From the NCBI GenBank assembly GCA_964016885.1, contig OZ024743.1, forward strand, positions 26,288,001 through 26,352,000: 64,000 nucleotides of DNA. The letters run 5' to 3'. A model generated the notes under the pieces. That model was not told where the DNA came from. It did no database searches and saw only the letters and a list, made by a program, of their open reading frames with translations. The translations under genes were made by a program, and so were the position numbers. How positions within the stretch are numbered: position 1 is the first letter of the stretch; every line of letters starts with the position of its first letter. This DNA comes from Eledone cirrhosa. Lineage: Eukaryota. This document shows, in pieces, positions 29,321-38,803 of this stretch.

Positions 29321-32300
29321 ATACCTAAAGTGCCATAAAATTGGATCAAAATCCAGAACTTTATGGATGAAAAGTAAACTTCTCAACTACTTAGCCATCC
29401 CTAATTTAATAAGGAGGAAATCAAAAAATATAATGTATTATTTTTTAAATTTCTCAATTTACCTTTTTTTTTTTCTATTTTCAGAATGATAATGTTGGTG
29501 CTCTCTATGGAATGGCAACTGCTTACATGGTTCAAAAGCAAGTCCCAAAAGCTAGGAACCAATTAAAACGTATTGCAAAATTAAACTGGACTTGTGAAGT
29601 GAGTAGTTACATAAAATATCATCTCTTAAAGTTTGCTACAATTCTTCAAATGGTTTTAACCTAAAGTCAGTCCTGTTTAAGCAGACATGATCCAAAATAT
29701 TCCTGCTCTAACCATCCTGTTTTTGTTTTTATGACAAAGTTTCTAAATGTGTTTTTTTAATAAGGTATAATTTTAGATTTGGTTGCTTTTTATAGTAGAT
29801 TAGGCAACTAGATTAGATACATTTTAAAGCTATGTTATCCAATGTGTCCTTCCTTTTATAATATGGTGAGATGTAATTTTGGTAGATTTGGCTGTTATTT
29901 TTAGTAGATTAGGCAACCCGATTAGATATAATCTATTCTTATTTGTTGTTATTGTCTACATTATGATTATTCAAACCTACTTATAATACAATTGTCCATA
30001 TATATTATGTGTTTTCTAATTTAAGAATGCTGAAATCATGGAAAAAAGCTGGCTTCTTCTTGCAGATATCCACATTCAGGTAACACTTCTCTTTACAATT
30101 TATGAAGTACTATCAGGTCTTGAATAATCCCCCACCCCTTGCAAGGGTATATATATACACACACACATATATACATATGTGGGAGATGGCGAATTGGCAG
30201 AGTCATTAGAAGGTAAGATATAATGCTTTGTGGTATCCATTTTGGTTCTCTGCTCTCTGAGTTCAAATCCCACCAAAGTCGGCATTGCCTTTCATTCATT
30301 CGAGGTTGATAAAAAAAGTACCAGTCTAGTACTGGGGTCGATTCTTTCTTTATATCTCTATCTCACTTCCATTCTCTAACTCTCTATTCTTCTCTGGAAG
30401 AAATCTGCTGTAATCAGACCTGAAGAGGAGATAGGCTCTGCCAGGTTTTAAAATGCCCTAGAAACACTGTATGTGCCCTTACAACTCTCTCAGGAGTTTC
30501 GGGACCATACATGCATACATCTGTGTGTGTGTGGCAAGTAAGGGAAAAAAATAGACTCCTTGCTATTACTAGAAAAAGGAGAAGACTGCTACGACTTGAG
30601 CTGGTGCAAGATTTTTGGAATATTTTTAACCAATGCAAAGGGAGTTGACCTTCTCTATAAGTCAAGAGACACGTTTCAATTTTATTAGATCTCCTCGGTG
30701 AAGCATATTTACTTAGCAAGTTGGCAAGACTAGAATACAGTCAAATATATATAAGTGCCTGATGGAGTTGCTTTGCATAAAACATATGCATAAAAATAAA
30801 GTCTTGCATTCTGATTATAATGAGTTGGCGAAAAACTTTAATCAACTAAGATCATGTGCAGGTAGGGGGACATTTGCAGCATTATAAGAACCAATATCAC
30901 AAATCTAAGAAATTACCATTCATATATAATTGTTTCTACTTTTGGCACAAGGCCAGCAATTGCCCAGTGCAATAAAGTACCAGTAATGCACTGGGTTATT
31001 GCTGACCTTGTGCCAAAAGTAGAAATAATTATATATGAATGGTAATTTCTTAGATTTGTGATATTGGTTCTATATTTTTGTCATTTTACTACAAAACATA
31101 ATTGTCCTTTTTCAGTCTGGCAAATATGATATGGCACAGGAGTTACTGAAGAAATGTTTGCTGCATAATAAAGTAAACAACTTTTTTTTTTATTTGTGTA
31201 CATATGTGTCTATATGTATATGCTTATGTGTCTATTTGTGTATATCATGGGTTTTATGGAGGTGTGTTTCTGTCAACGTTTCAAGGAGTTTGTGTAATTT
31301 GTATATTAGTGTGTATTAAAGCAATACTTTTAGAATGTTTTTTTTTTTATATTTTATCCTTTTTCTCTTTCGAGAATGTGATAAAATCCTCGGGGAACTT
31401 CTAGAATTGCAATTTTTAGATGAAGTTAGAACAAGGAACCTTTTTGATATCAAACTATCTGCATTTGCCTCAGGTTTTACAATATGAAACTGTTTTATAG
31501 TTATCTAAAAACCTTTCATCATAACTTTACGTAAGAACTTTTAATAAGTTATCATTAGCTTAATAATGAGAAAATTAAATGAAGGCTGTGTCTTTTATAA
31601 GAATCTGTCCCTCTTCATACCGATGCCATCCAGTTTCACACTGTAAATGTGGATGCGGCTCCCAAACTATGGTTCCACTGTAAGCAGGGTTCAGTGTGGC
31701 CAACTGATATAAACAAGATGTAAATATATATAGAGAGACAGTGGAGTGGAACTATTGTGAGGCAAAGCCAAAGGGAAAGAATGGTTTTCAGAAACAGGGA
31801 GAAAATACTTGATCAGAATGGAGTATGATTTCAGTTGCATAGTTATAGACATCTAATTATATGTAAAAAGAGAGAGATGTAACTAGATAACATACTTTCT
31901 TATCCTTAGAGCTGTTGTAAAGCCTATGAATATTCTGGCTTCATTATGGAGAAAGAACAATCTCATAAAGATGCTGCAGAATACTATGAGAAGGCCTGGA
32001 CCCATGGCCGGAAAAACAACCCTGTCATTGGTATGTAGTATTTTGCTCTGGATTACCTCAAACTTAGTGTGTATATATGTGTATAACTCCTGTGCATTTG
32101 TAAGCAAGTGTGTATATATATATATATATATATTTAAAAATAAAATCTATACTATATATTGAGTGCTCATTTATTTAATGTTTGACTATTTCTATACACA
32201 CAATAGAATTACAAGAAAACATGTTCCGTTATTAAGAAAATACATTTCGAAAGAATTATTAAATTATCTAAAACTCTGTTCATTCTTATGGAAATTCTTA

Positions 32301-35300
32301 TATATATATACAATGATTGGAGGCACATGGCTTAGTGGTTAGAGCATTGGCCTTGCAATCGAAAGGTTGTGAGTTCAATTCTCAGACCAGGTGATGTGTT
32401 GTTTCCTTGAGCAAGACACTTTATTTCACATTGCTCCAGTTTACTCAGCTGTAGAAATGAGATGATAGGGACTGGGGTCCCTATCATTCCACTGCAAAGT
32501 GGTCGTGGAGGTGCCACGGCAAAAAAGCACCTAGCACTCACTGTAAATGAGGTTGGTGTTAGGAAGGGCATCCAGCTGTAGAAATCAAGCCAGAATCAGT
32601 TCCCGTCCCACCCTTGCAAGCAGGGAAAAAGCGGACGTAAAATGAAATGATGATGAATGAATGATATTAAATAAATGGAAACTATATTTATAAAACCATA
32701 TTTATTCTATTATATATATTTCAAGGGTACCAAAACTTTGGTACGCTATCATCAGATAAAATACGAAGTGTGTTTTATAAATTTTAACATAACCAAGGAA
32801 AATATACCTTAACGGTTAAAGTTTTCCTTGGAAGTTTTCCTTGAACCGTTTAGGTATATTTTCCTTGGTTATGTCAAAATTTATAAAACACACTTCGTAT
32901 TTTATCTGATGATAGCGTACCAAAGCTTTGGTACCCTTGAAATATATATAATAGAATAAATATGGTTTTATAAATATAGTTTCCATTTATTTAATATCAT
33001 TGAATATTATACTCTAGAAAATTTGTCGAGTGCTCTGAATCAGTTATAAACATTTATATTTGTTGAATTACCAACAAATTGAATATCCCTTCTGCTTATA
33101 TATCATCATCATCATCATCATCACCGTTTTACGTCCGTTCTTCCACGCTAGCATGGGTTAGACGGGTTGTCCTGTTGTGGGCAGTGTCTGGTCGGCTGAC
33201 CATGCCTTGCTCATACAGGAACTGATCTGGCTTGATTTCTACAGCTGGATGCCCTTCCTAACACCAACCTCATTTACAGTGAGTGCTGGGTGCTTTTTCG
33301 TGGCGCCTACACGTCCACTTTACAGTGTGGGCTGGGTGCTTTTTTGCCGTGGCACCTCCACGACCACCTTGCGGTGGGGGGGGGGGGGCATATTGTTTAT
33401 ATGCTTCAGCATGTACCCATGGGAGGTCGGGTACCCTGTATTACTGCGTGACGCCAGAAGTCACGGTCGTGTGTCATTGACTTTGAGAGGTGTAGTTGGG
33501 TAAGGTCGGCTTTTATCACCTCATCCCAAGTCATCTTGGGTCTCCCCACTCCGCGGTTTCCATCAACTTCTAGTGCTCTGCACCTTTTTATGCAGCTGTC
33601 ATCCTTCTAAATATATAAATATCCTATATATTGGATGGCCGTTATGAGTTCTTCCACCCTTTTGTCAGGTTTTGTTTTTTGTCCTGTGGGGTGTCCAAAA
33701 TCACCCTTTAGTCGCCGACGACCCGACAGGTTGTACTGGGTTACATGTTACCAGTAGCACTCAAGAGTGACCCGACACATACATACATCGAAACCTAGTC
33801 AGTAGGCACCTCTTAACAAAAATACACCCCCGTCCCACTACCCCCACCCCATCCACACCACCCCTTTCAATGTAAAGTTATGTTGGTACCATAACATCCA
33901 GTCCGAAATAAATGAGGTCGTGTAGGTGTCACGACAAAAAAATACACAGTCCACGCTGTAATGTGGCCGTGTAGGTAACACGGTAAAAACCTCCCAGTCC
34001 ACACTGTAAACGTGGTTGGTGTTAGGAAGGGCATCCAGCCGTAGAAAACCAGCCAGACAGTCCTATACGAGCAAGACAACCAATCTTGCCTCAAGTGGGA
34101 AAATTCCCGTCCAAACCCATGCGATGATGATGATGATGATGATATATATATAGTGCGCGCACACACACACACACACACATATATAAAGAGAGAAAGAAAT
34201 TAGGAAAATCGCAATGCTTACAGGCCAGCTGGAACAAAATGGGTCCTCTTTTCAGATTTTACTAATTACTATACCTCAACGGACATCCTGTACCTAAACA
34301 GACATCAAATTCTACCTTGATCTATGGTCTTCCCAGTATGCATACATTAAATATTTCATATATATTGAGCAAGATTTTTGAAATCATGACCCTTTCTATC
34401 AGACAAACATTAAATGATGATGATGATCTTTTTTTTAGGATACAAGCTTGCCTTCAACTATCTTAAAGCCAAACGCTACACAGATGCCATTGATATTTGT
34501 AATTTGGTATGTACTTCCCAGTTTAACACCTCGTTATGTTTGGTTATAATTGAATTCTAAAAGGCAGTTTGTCGTCTTTGTTCTTTGTGCTGGTGTTTTG
34601 AATAATTTTTTTATTTGCTTTATTGTGAAAATTTTGGACCAATTATATACAAATTACTACTTGCCAAATATATTTGTAGTATTTGAATTCTTTTATTTTT
34701 AATACATATGAAAAAAATCTTTGTTATTCATTGTTGTCACCTTGCCTAACAAAGATTAAATCCCTTAGGCTTATATATTCATTCTATGAAATATATTCTT
34801 GTCATCGTTGGCGACTCACCTTACTGAAGTGTCAGGTGATGCCTGTGAGGGTGCCTGGTTGTTTCAGCGCCTTCTCCTCGCCATCACCCGTGGTAATGTT
34901 GTGAGCATATTGGCTTGCCTCAAAATATTCCATTGACCCTTGTGATGTGCAGCTGATTGTCAGGTGAATTGATGGTCAATTTTGTTTTTGTTTCCTTTTT
35001 TTTTCTCTCTCGCTCTGGTCGTATATTCTGATGCATTATATTTGTGAGGTTCCTAGCAATAGTTAATTGTATTTATTATATGGGTTTATATTTGTGTTTA
35101 CATTTTCATTCTGAAAGAATTGTAAGCAATTTGTTACTAAGAGTTATTAATAAACATATCCTCGATTTCTTGAAATTATCTCCCTTTTCCTTTGAAAGCT
35201 GCTCACAATTACCACTAGGTTTTTTTTTATGGGAAAAGCATTCACTGTTATACTGAGTTGTACTGCAGATGGAGGGAAACTATCACTATACATCATCTTC

Positions 35301-35670
35301 AAGAGAAAGACTCTACCTAAAGAAGACTTCCCAAAGGATGTCATCATATGGGTGCAAGTGGCTGAGTAGGTGTCACAACAAAAAGCACCCAGCACACACT
35401 GTAAATATGGTTGGCTTTATTAAGAGCATCCAGCTGTAGAAACCAAGCCAAAATCAGTCCATGCTAGGGTGGAAAATGGACATTAAGCGAGGCTGCTTAT
35501 GATGATGATGATGATAATATATATGTATGCATGTATTATGCTCTGTTATTTATACATAATTTTATATTTATTTTATTTTTTTACCATCTTAGGTATTGGC
35601 TACTCATCCAAATTATCCAAAAATACAAAAAGAAATCCTCACCAAAGCAAGATGTAACTGGCGCATATAG
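37..35670 (+). CDS. TTC21B: Tetratricopeptide repeat protein 21B / IFT139 (IFT-A subunit), 3' portion, 23 exons; 5' exons lie upstream of the window
   Basis: Manually spliced GT-AG exons: 37-108, 607-727, 1302-1399, 1917-2155, 3225-3297, 3815-3925, 4694-4746, 6761-6849, 7331-7457, 12608-12673, 14172-14274, 14808-14918, 16227-16308, 20769-20919, 22038-22199, 23760-23823, 25855-25980, 29485-29598, 30026-30079, 31116-31172, 31910-32030, 34439-34506, 35593-35670. Total 2340 nt, phases consistent, ends in TAG. Translation is collinear with vertebrate TTC21B as I recall it (e.g. [64 protein letters not shown]). Confidence 0.95.
146..452 (+). mobile_element. Older tRNA-derived SINE (same head and core as 6407, different tail)
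   Basis: tRNA-like head, CTTCAGCAAGACTCTTT...CACTCAGCTG core. Confidence 0.65.
607..727 (+). CDS. TTC21B: TTC21B exon 2
   Basis: [40 protein letters not shown]. Confidence 0.9.
1302..1399 (+). CDS. TTC21B: TTC21B exon 3
   Basis: [33 protein letters not shown]; acceptor AAG at 1299-1301. Confidence 0.8.
1917..2155 (+). CDS. TTC21B: TTC21B exon 4
   Basis: [36 protein letters not shown]...LYANCY. Confidence 0.93.
3225..3297 (+). CDS. TTC21B: TTC21B exon 5
   Basis: [24 protein letters not shown]. Confidence 0.9.
3815..3925 (+). CDS. TTC21B: TTC21B exon 6
   Basis: [37 protein letters not shown]. Confidence 0.92.
4694..4746 (+). CDS. TTC21B: TTC21B exon 7
   Basis: [17 protein letters not shown]. 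Confidence 0.88.
5515..6287 (+). mobile_element. Non-autonomous Helitron
   Basis: A|TCTATAC...5' end; subterminal hairpin CCCGATCAACGCCGGG; CTAG|T 3' end; no TSD. Confidence 0.75.
6407..6739 (+). mobile_element. tRNA-derived SINE with an RTE-derived 3' tail
   Basis: A box TGGCTTAGTGG, B-box-like GAGTTCAATTC; tail matches the local RTE 3' UTR; twin at 32320-32656. Confidence 0.85.
6761..6849 (+). CDS. TTC21B: TTC21B exon 8
   Basis: [29 protein letters not shown]. Confidence 0.9.
7331..7457 (+). CDS. TTC21B: TTC21B exon 9
   Basis: [41 protein letters not shown]. Confidence 0.85.
7551..11302. mobile_element. piggyBac-like MITE split by the RTE insertion (halves 7551-7696 and ~11216-11302)
   Basis: TTAA-CCCTTTAG ... 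CTAAAGGG-TTAA termini; joined halves match the intact copy at 55937-56163 in reverse. Confidence 0.75.
7697..11215 (-). mobile_element. 5'-truncated RTE-clade LINE with a duplicated 3' UTR and a nested opposite-strand copy (9380-9971)
   Basis: RT motifs [28 protein letters not shown]; (GAT)n tail; ORFs 8278-8967 and 9926-10777. Confidence 0.92.
12608..12673 (+). CDS. TTC21B: TTC21B exon 10
   Basis: [21 protein letters not shown]. Confidence 0.88.
12818..13058. mobile_element. piggyBac-like MITE, second family (related copy 24680-25126, interrupted by a SINE)
   Basis: TTAAACCTTTTG ... CAAAAGGGTTAA termini; internal similarity between the two copies. Confidence 0.6.
14172..14274 (+). CDS. TTC21B: TTC21B exon 11
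   Basis: [34 protein letters not shown]. Confidence 0.88.
14530..14724. mobile_element. MITE with CAGACCTG(C/T)CAAC TIRs
   Basis: 13-bp TIR; flanks GAATCT/GTATCT; second copy in reverse at 63258-63441. Confidence 0.75.
14808..14918 (+). CDS. TTC21B: TTC21B exon 12
   Basis: [37 protein letters not shown]. Confidence 0.9.
16227..16308 (+). CDS. TTC21B: TTC21B exon 13
   Basis: [27 protein letters not shown]. Confidence 0.88.
17082..17962 (+). mobile_element. RTE LINE 3' fragment
   Basis: MLHGSET...RRLRWYGH...; 3' UTR; (GAT)n tail. Confidence 0.9.
18083..20351 (+). mobile_element. 5'-truncated RTE LINE (RT with PHD-like insertion; frameshifts and stops)
   Basis: ORFs 18026-19045, 19227-19745, 19772-19972; YADD; (GAT)n tail. 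Confidence 0.93.
20769..20919 (+). CDS. TTC21B: TTC21B exon 14
   Basis: [26 protein letters not shown]...[15 protein letters not shown]. Confidence 0.9.
20960..21930 (-). mobile_element. Old degenerate RTE LINE fragment
   Basis: Decayed similarity to the RTE RT/thumb region of neighbouring copies. Confidence 0.65.
22038..22199 (+). CDS. TTC21B: TTC21B exon 15
   Basis: [53 protein letters not shown]. Confidence 0.92.
22408..23345 (-). mobile_element. Internally deleted (bipartite) RTE/BovB-like element
   Basis: GC-rich 5' UTR, ORF start ...[13 protein letters not shown] fused at ~22598 to the C-terminal zinc finger [16 protein letters not shown]...*, then a short 3' tail. Confidence 0.7.
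23760..23823 (+). CDS. TTC21B: TTC21B exon 16
   Basis: [21 protein letters not shown]. Confidence 0.9.
25855..25980 (+). CDS. TTC21B: TTC21B exon 17
   Basis: [42 protein letters not shown]. Confidence 0.88.
26185..26446. mobile_element. hAT-like MITE inserted in a LINE 3' fragment (~26030-26630)
   Basis: CAGTAGCGCAGCTAG ... CTAACTATGTCACTG termini; 8-bp TSD CCACTGGG/CCCCTGGG. Confidence 0.65.
27268..28398 (+). mobile_element. RTE LINE 3' fragment with an internal deletion
   Basis: ORFs 27316-27585 (YADD) and 27640-27951; PHD-like segment missing; (GAT)n tail. Confidence 0.88.
29485..29598 (+). CDS. TTC21B: TTC21B exon 18
   Basis: [38 protein letters not shown]. Confidence 0.92.
30026..30079 (+). 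CDS. TTC21B: TTC21B exon 19
   Basis: [18 protein letters not shown]. Confidence 0.92.
30887..31071. repeat. 85-bp-arm inverted repeat built from a SINE 3' end plus flanking DNA
   Basis: Arms 30887-30971 / 30987-31071. Confidence 0.85.
31116..31172 (+). CDS. TTC21B: TTC21B exon 20
   Basis: [19 protein letters not shown]. Confidence 0.92.
31910..32030 (+). CDS. TTC21B: TTC21B exon 21
   Basis: [40 protein letters not shown]. Confidence 0.93.
32320..32656 (+). mobile_element. tRNA-derived SINE with an RTE-derived 3' tail
   Basis: Near-identical to 6407-6739. Confidence 0.85.
32660..33095. mobile_element. Palindromic hammerhead-bearing element A (probable Penelope-like inverted pLTR)
   Basis: Inverted arms 32660-32820 / 32841-33001, 20-nt loop, ~95-nt unpaired 3' extension ending at a TATA tract. 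Confidence 0.65.
32898..32958 (+). ncRNA. Minimal type I hammerhead ribozyme motif (mirror copy on the - strand at ~32703-32763)
   Basis: TATTTTAT | CTGATGA | stem II T-AGCGTACCAAAG/CTTTGGTACCCT-T | GAAA | palindromic TATATA | TA | ATAGAATA. Confidence 0.75.
33103..33606 (-). mobile_element. RTE LINE 3' end
   Basis: Near-identical to 7978-8480. Confidence 0.9.
33789..34143 (+). mobile_element. RTE LINE 3' UTR fragment
   Basis: Matches 17590-17962; (GAT)n tail. Confidence 0.85.
34439..34506 (+). CDS. TTC21B: TTC21B exon 22
   Basis: [22 protein letters not shown]. Confidence 0.93.
34811..35045 (+). mobile_element. 3' fragment of a CRE-clade-like non-LTR retrotransposon
   Basis: Frame from 34811 reads [36 protein letters not shown], resembling the FQRLS.AI.RGN C-terminus of CRE elements. 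Confidence 0.55.
35593..35670 (+). CDS. TTC21B: TTC21B terminal coding exon
   Basis: [25 protein letters not shown]; AATAAA candidates at 35728 and 35957. Confidence 0.92.
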   Translation, partial: VLATHPNYPKIQKEILTKARCNWRI

Positions 35671-36725
35671 AAATTGAACTGTTAAATGATCCAGTCTGAA
35701 AATATGTGCCTTTGTTTAACAGGTGTTAATAAATCTAGTCTATTTTTACTTGTAATCTGGTCAATTTCTTCAGCTTTTTTTAAATTTTTTCTCTATATTT
35801 TTCCTGTTGCTAATTTGAAGTTCTATGCTCTCCCTGGGGGACTCACTCTATAAATAATTTTCTTATAAATTAATATTTTCTTATTGATGCATCTAACATT
35901 AGGCTTATTACAAAAGAAAGGATTTTCCATTCTACTTTTAATTGGCACTGAATTAAAATAAAGGAATACCAGCAAGTCAATAGACGGGTGCAATCAAAAC
36001 AAAACAACATCCTGCTGGAAAAAATAAGATGTAGCAAACATTTGAAAAATATTCCTCAAATAATTTGATCCTGCACTATCATTATCTGTACAGAATCTAC
36101 CAGAACATTGTCATGGGTCACTTAGGCGACTAAGCTGGAATTCAAGAGATGCAAAGTTCAAATCTCCGTAGCAACTGCTGACCACTTTTTCCAGTCTTAG
36201 GGGTATTTTATCCAATTTTCTAATCTATTATATATTGCAATCAACTCTTATTACAATCTTTTCTGCATTTGGAATTCTTACATCTTTTAAAAACAATTTC
36301 ATATTACCCAGTGCTTTGATAGTTTATATAGAATCTATCTGTCTCTCTCTCTCTCTAAATATATATATATATATAGTTAAAGAAATGATAACATAAATAC
36401 AGAGATGCAAAAACACAGTCTTATTAGTATCACGCTTAGGAGGAAGTAGAGGAGGGTTGGGTGCTTTCGATGGAAGTCCTTCTTCAGGAAATGGAGAGTT
36501 CAAAGACAGAGAGAGAACAGGTTGGAACATCGTAGTTTGGAAAAAAGTTCTTAAGAAGTTTGAGGGTGGTAGGCGAGTAGACAGTCATTTGGGAGTTAGG
36601 GCCAAGGTGGAGAGTTTCATTGTGTCATGTGTGTCAATGGGGTGAATTTTGTAGGTGTGCATTATTGCTTCTATGTGTGTGTACGTGTACATGTCTGTGA
36701 GTCTTTTATATAGTTTGTGTGTGCA

Positions 36726-36758
<33 letters not shown>

Positions 36759-36759
<1 letters not shown>

Positions 36760-38677
36760 GGTGGGACACACTACGGTCACCCGTATAGTTAACCAAGTAA
36801 TATAGAATGGGGTCATACTGAAAGACTGGCGTAGCAGCATCATCATTAACTGCTACAAGGGTAAAGGGGATGCTCTAGATAGGGGAAACTATAGAGGCAT
36901 TAAGTTAGTTGACCAGGTCATGAAGGTCACAGAAAGAGTTATAGCGCAACTAATCAGAGAACGAATTGATCTAGATGAAATGCAGTTTGGGTTTGTGTCA
37001 GGTAAAAGTACCACAGACACTCTTTTCCTTGTACGAAACTACAAGAGAAGTACCTAGCTAAAAGTAAACCCCTCTACTTAGCTTTTGTAGACCTGGAGAA
37101 AGCCTTTGACAGAGTCCCCTGCTCCATTATCTGGTGGGCTCTTAGAAAACTAGGTGTAGATGAATGGCTTGTGAGAGCTATACAAGCTATGTATAATGAA
37201 ACAGTCAGTAAGGTTAGAGTTAACAATGAATATTGTGAAGAATTTAGTGTAAAAGTTGGCGTTCATCAAGGCTCTGTCCTTAGCCCCCTCCTATTTATTA
37301 TTGCCCTTCAGGCTATAACAGAGGAGTTCAAGACCGGCTGCCCATGGGAACTCCTATATGCAGATGATCTAATGCTCATAGCTGAATCAATGGCTGAACT
37401 ATAGAAGAAATTCCAAACATGGAAGCATGGCCTAGAATCAAAAGGCCTTAAAATTAACTTGTCTAAGACTAAAGTTCTAGTTTGTAGAAAGGAAAATAGG
37501 GCACAGGTGCCCTCAGGGAAATGGCCATGCTCACTGTGTAGGAAAAGAGTAGGCAGAAATTCCATTTTATGTCCCAAATGCAAAGTATGGGTACATAAAA
37601 GGTGTAGTGGGATCACAGGTAAACTATCTAAGAACGTAGACTTTATATGTGGCCAATGCTCAGGTGCAATAAGTAGCAAGTGTACAAAGGATACTAGCTC
37701 CTATTGCCCAGATGGTTCTATAGAAATAGTAGACACTTTCCGTTACCTGGGTGACGAAATCAGCAGTGGTGGAGGGTGTTCTGAAAGTACAGTAGCCAGA
37801 GTCAGAACGGGATGGAAAAAGTTCAGAGAGCTTATACCGCTGTTGGCCACAAAAGGTTTCTCTAAAAATAAAATGAAAGGCAGATTGTATGATGCCTGTA
37901 TACGAACAGCAATACTATATCACAGTGAGACATGGGCATTATGTGCAGAGGACCTGTGTAGACTGGAAAGGAACGAAGCATGCATGCTCCGATGTGTAAT
38001 AGTAATATACGTGAACGGCAAAGCATAAATGAACTAAGTGAAAAATTAGGAATAAGAGAGATCAGATGCTGTTTACTTGAGAGAAGACTACGTTGGTATG
38101 GTCACGTGATGCGCATGAAAGACGACAGCTGTATAAGAAAGGGCAGGGCGATCAAAATTGATGGTAGTTACGGAGTAGGTAGACCCAGAAAGCCCTGGGA
38201 TGATCTGATAAATTCCGACCTCACACACTTACATCTCTCTAAGACAATGTCACTGGACCGAGATCTTTGGCGCTACACAGTAATACAGAAGACCCACCTT
38301 GCCTAAGTACAAAGCGAAACCTACAGTCAGTAGGCACCTCTTAACCAAATATACACCCCAATCCACTACCCCTACCCTATCCTCCCACTCCCACCAACAG
38401 CACAAGAAAATGAGATCGAGATCGTGTAGGTGTCACAACAAAAAACACACAGTCCACACTGTAATGTGGTCGTGTAGGTAACACGGTAAAAAGTTCCCAG
38501 TTCCACACTGTAAATGTGGTTGGTGTTAGGAAGGGCATCCAGCCGTAGAAAACCCGCCAGATAGTCCTATATGAGCGAGACACGGTCACCCGACCAGCCT
38601 TCCCTCAAGTGGGACAACTACCGTCTAACCCATGCTAGCGTGGAAAATGGACGTTAAACGAAGATGATGATGATGAT
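36759..38677 (+). mobile_element. 5'-truncated RTE LINE, intergenic
   Basis: ORFs 37171-37404, 37459-38028, 37980-38306; (GAT)n tail. Confidence 0.92.
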
Positions 38678-38765
38678 ATGTAAAAGGTAAACAGAAATAA
38701 CAACACAATCGGTACAGTATATGGAAGCTATATATTAGGTTAATGCTTGAAATAGCAGGAAGAGG

Positions 38766-38803
38766 TTCTTAACGTTTCGGACGCTAGTCCTTCATCAGAA
38801 GAA
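38766..38803 (-). ncRNA. Minimal type I hammerhead ribozyme motif in a probable Penelope-like pLTR remnant (~38680-38880)
   Basis: Minus strand reads TTCTT CTGATGA A GGAC-tagc-GTCC GAAA CGT TA AGAA. Confidence 0.75.

Noticed and set aside
33710-33805. Hammerhead-like CCGACGA...CGAAACCTAGTC
   Set aside because: The CGAAACCTAGTCAGTAGG part belongs to the RTE 3' UTR (compare 38315-38335), and no stem I or II pairing is evident.
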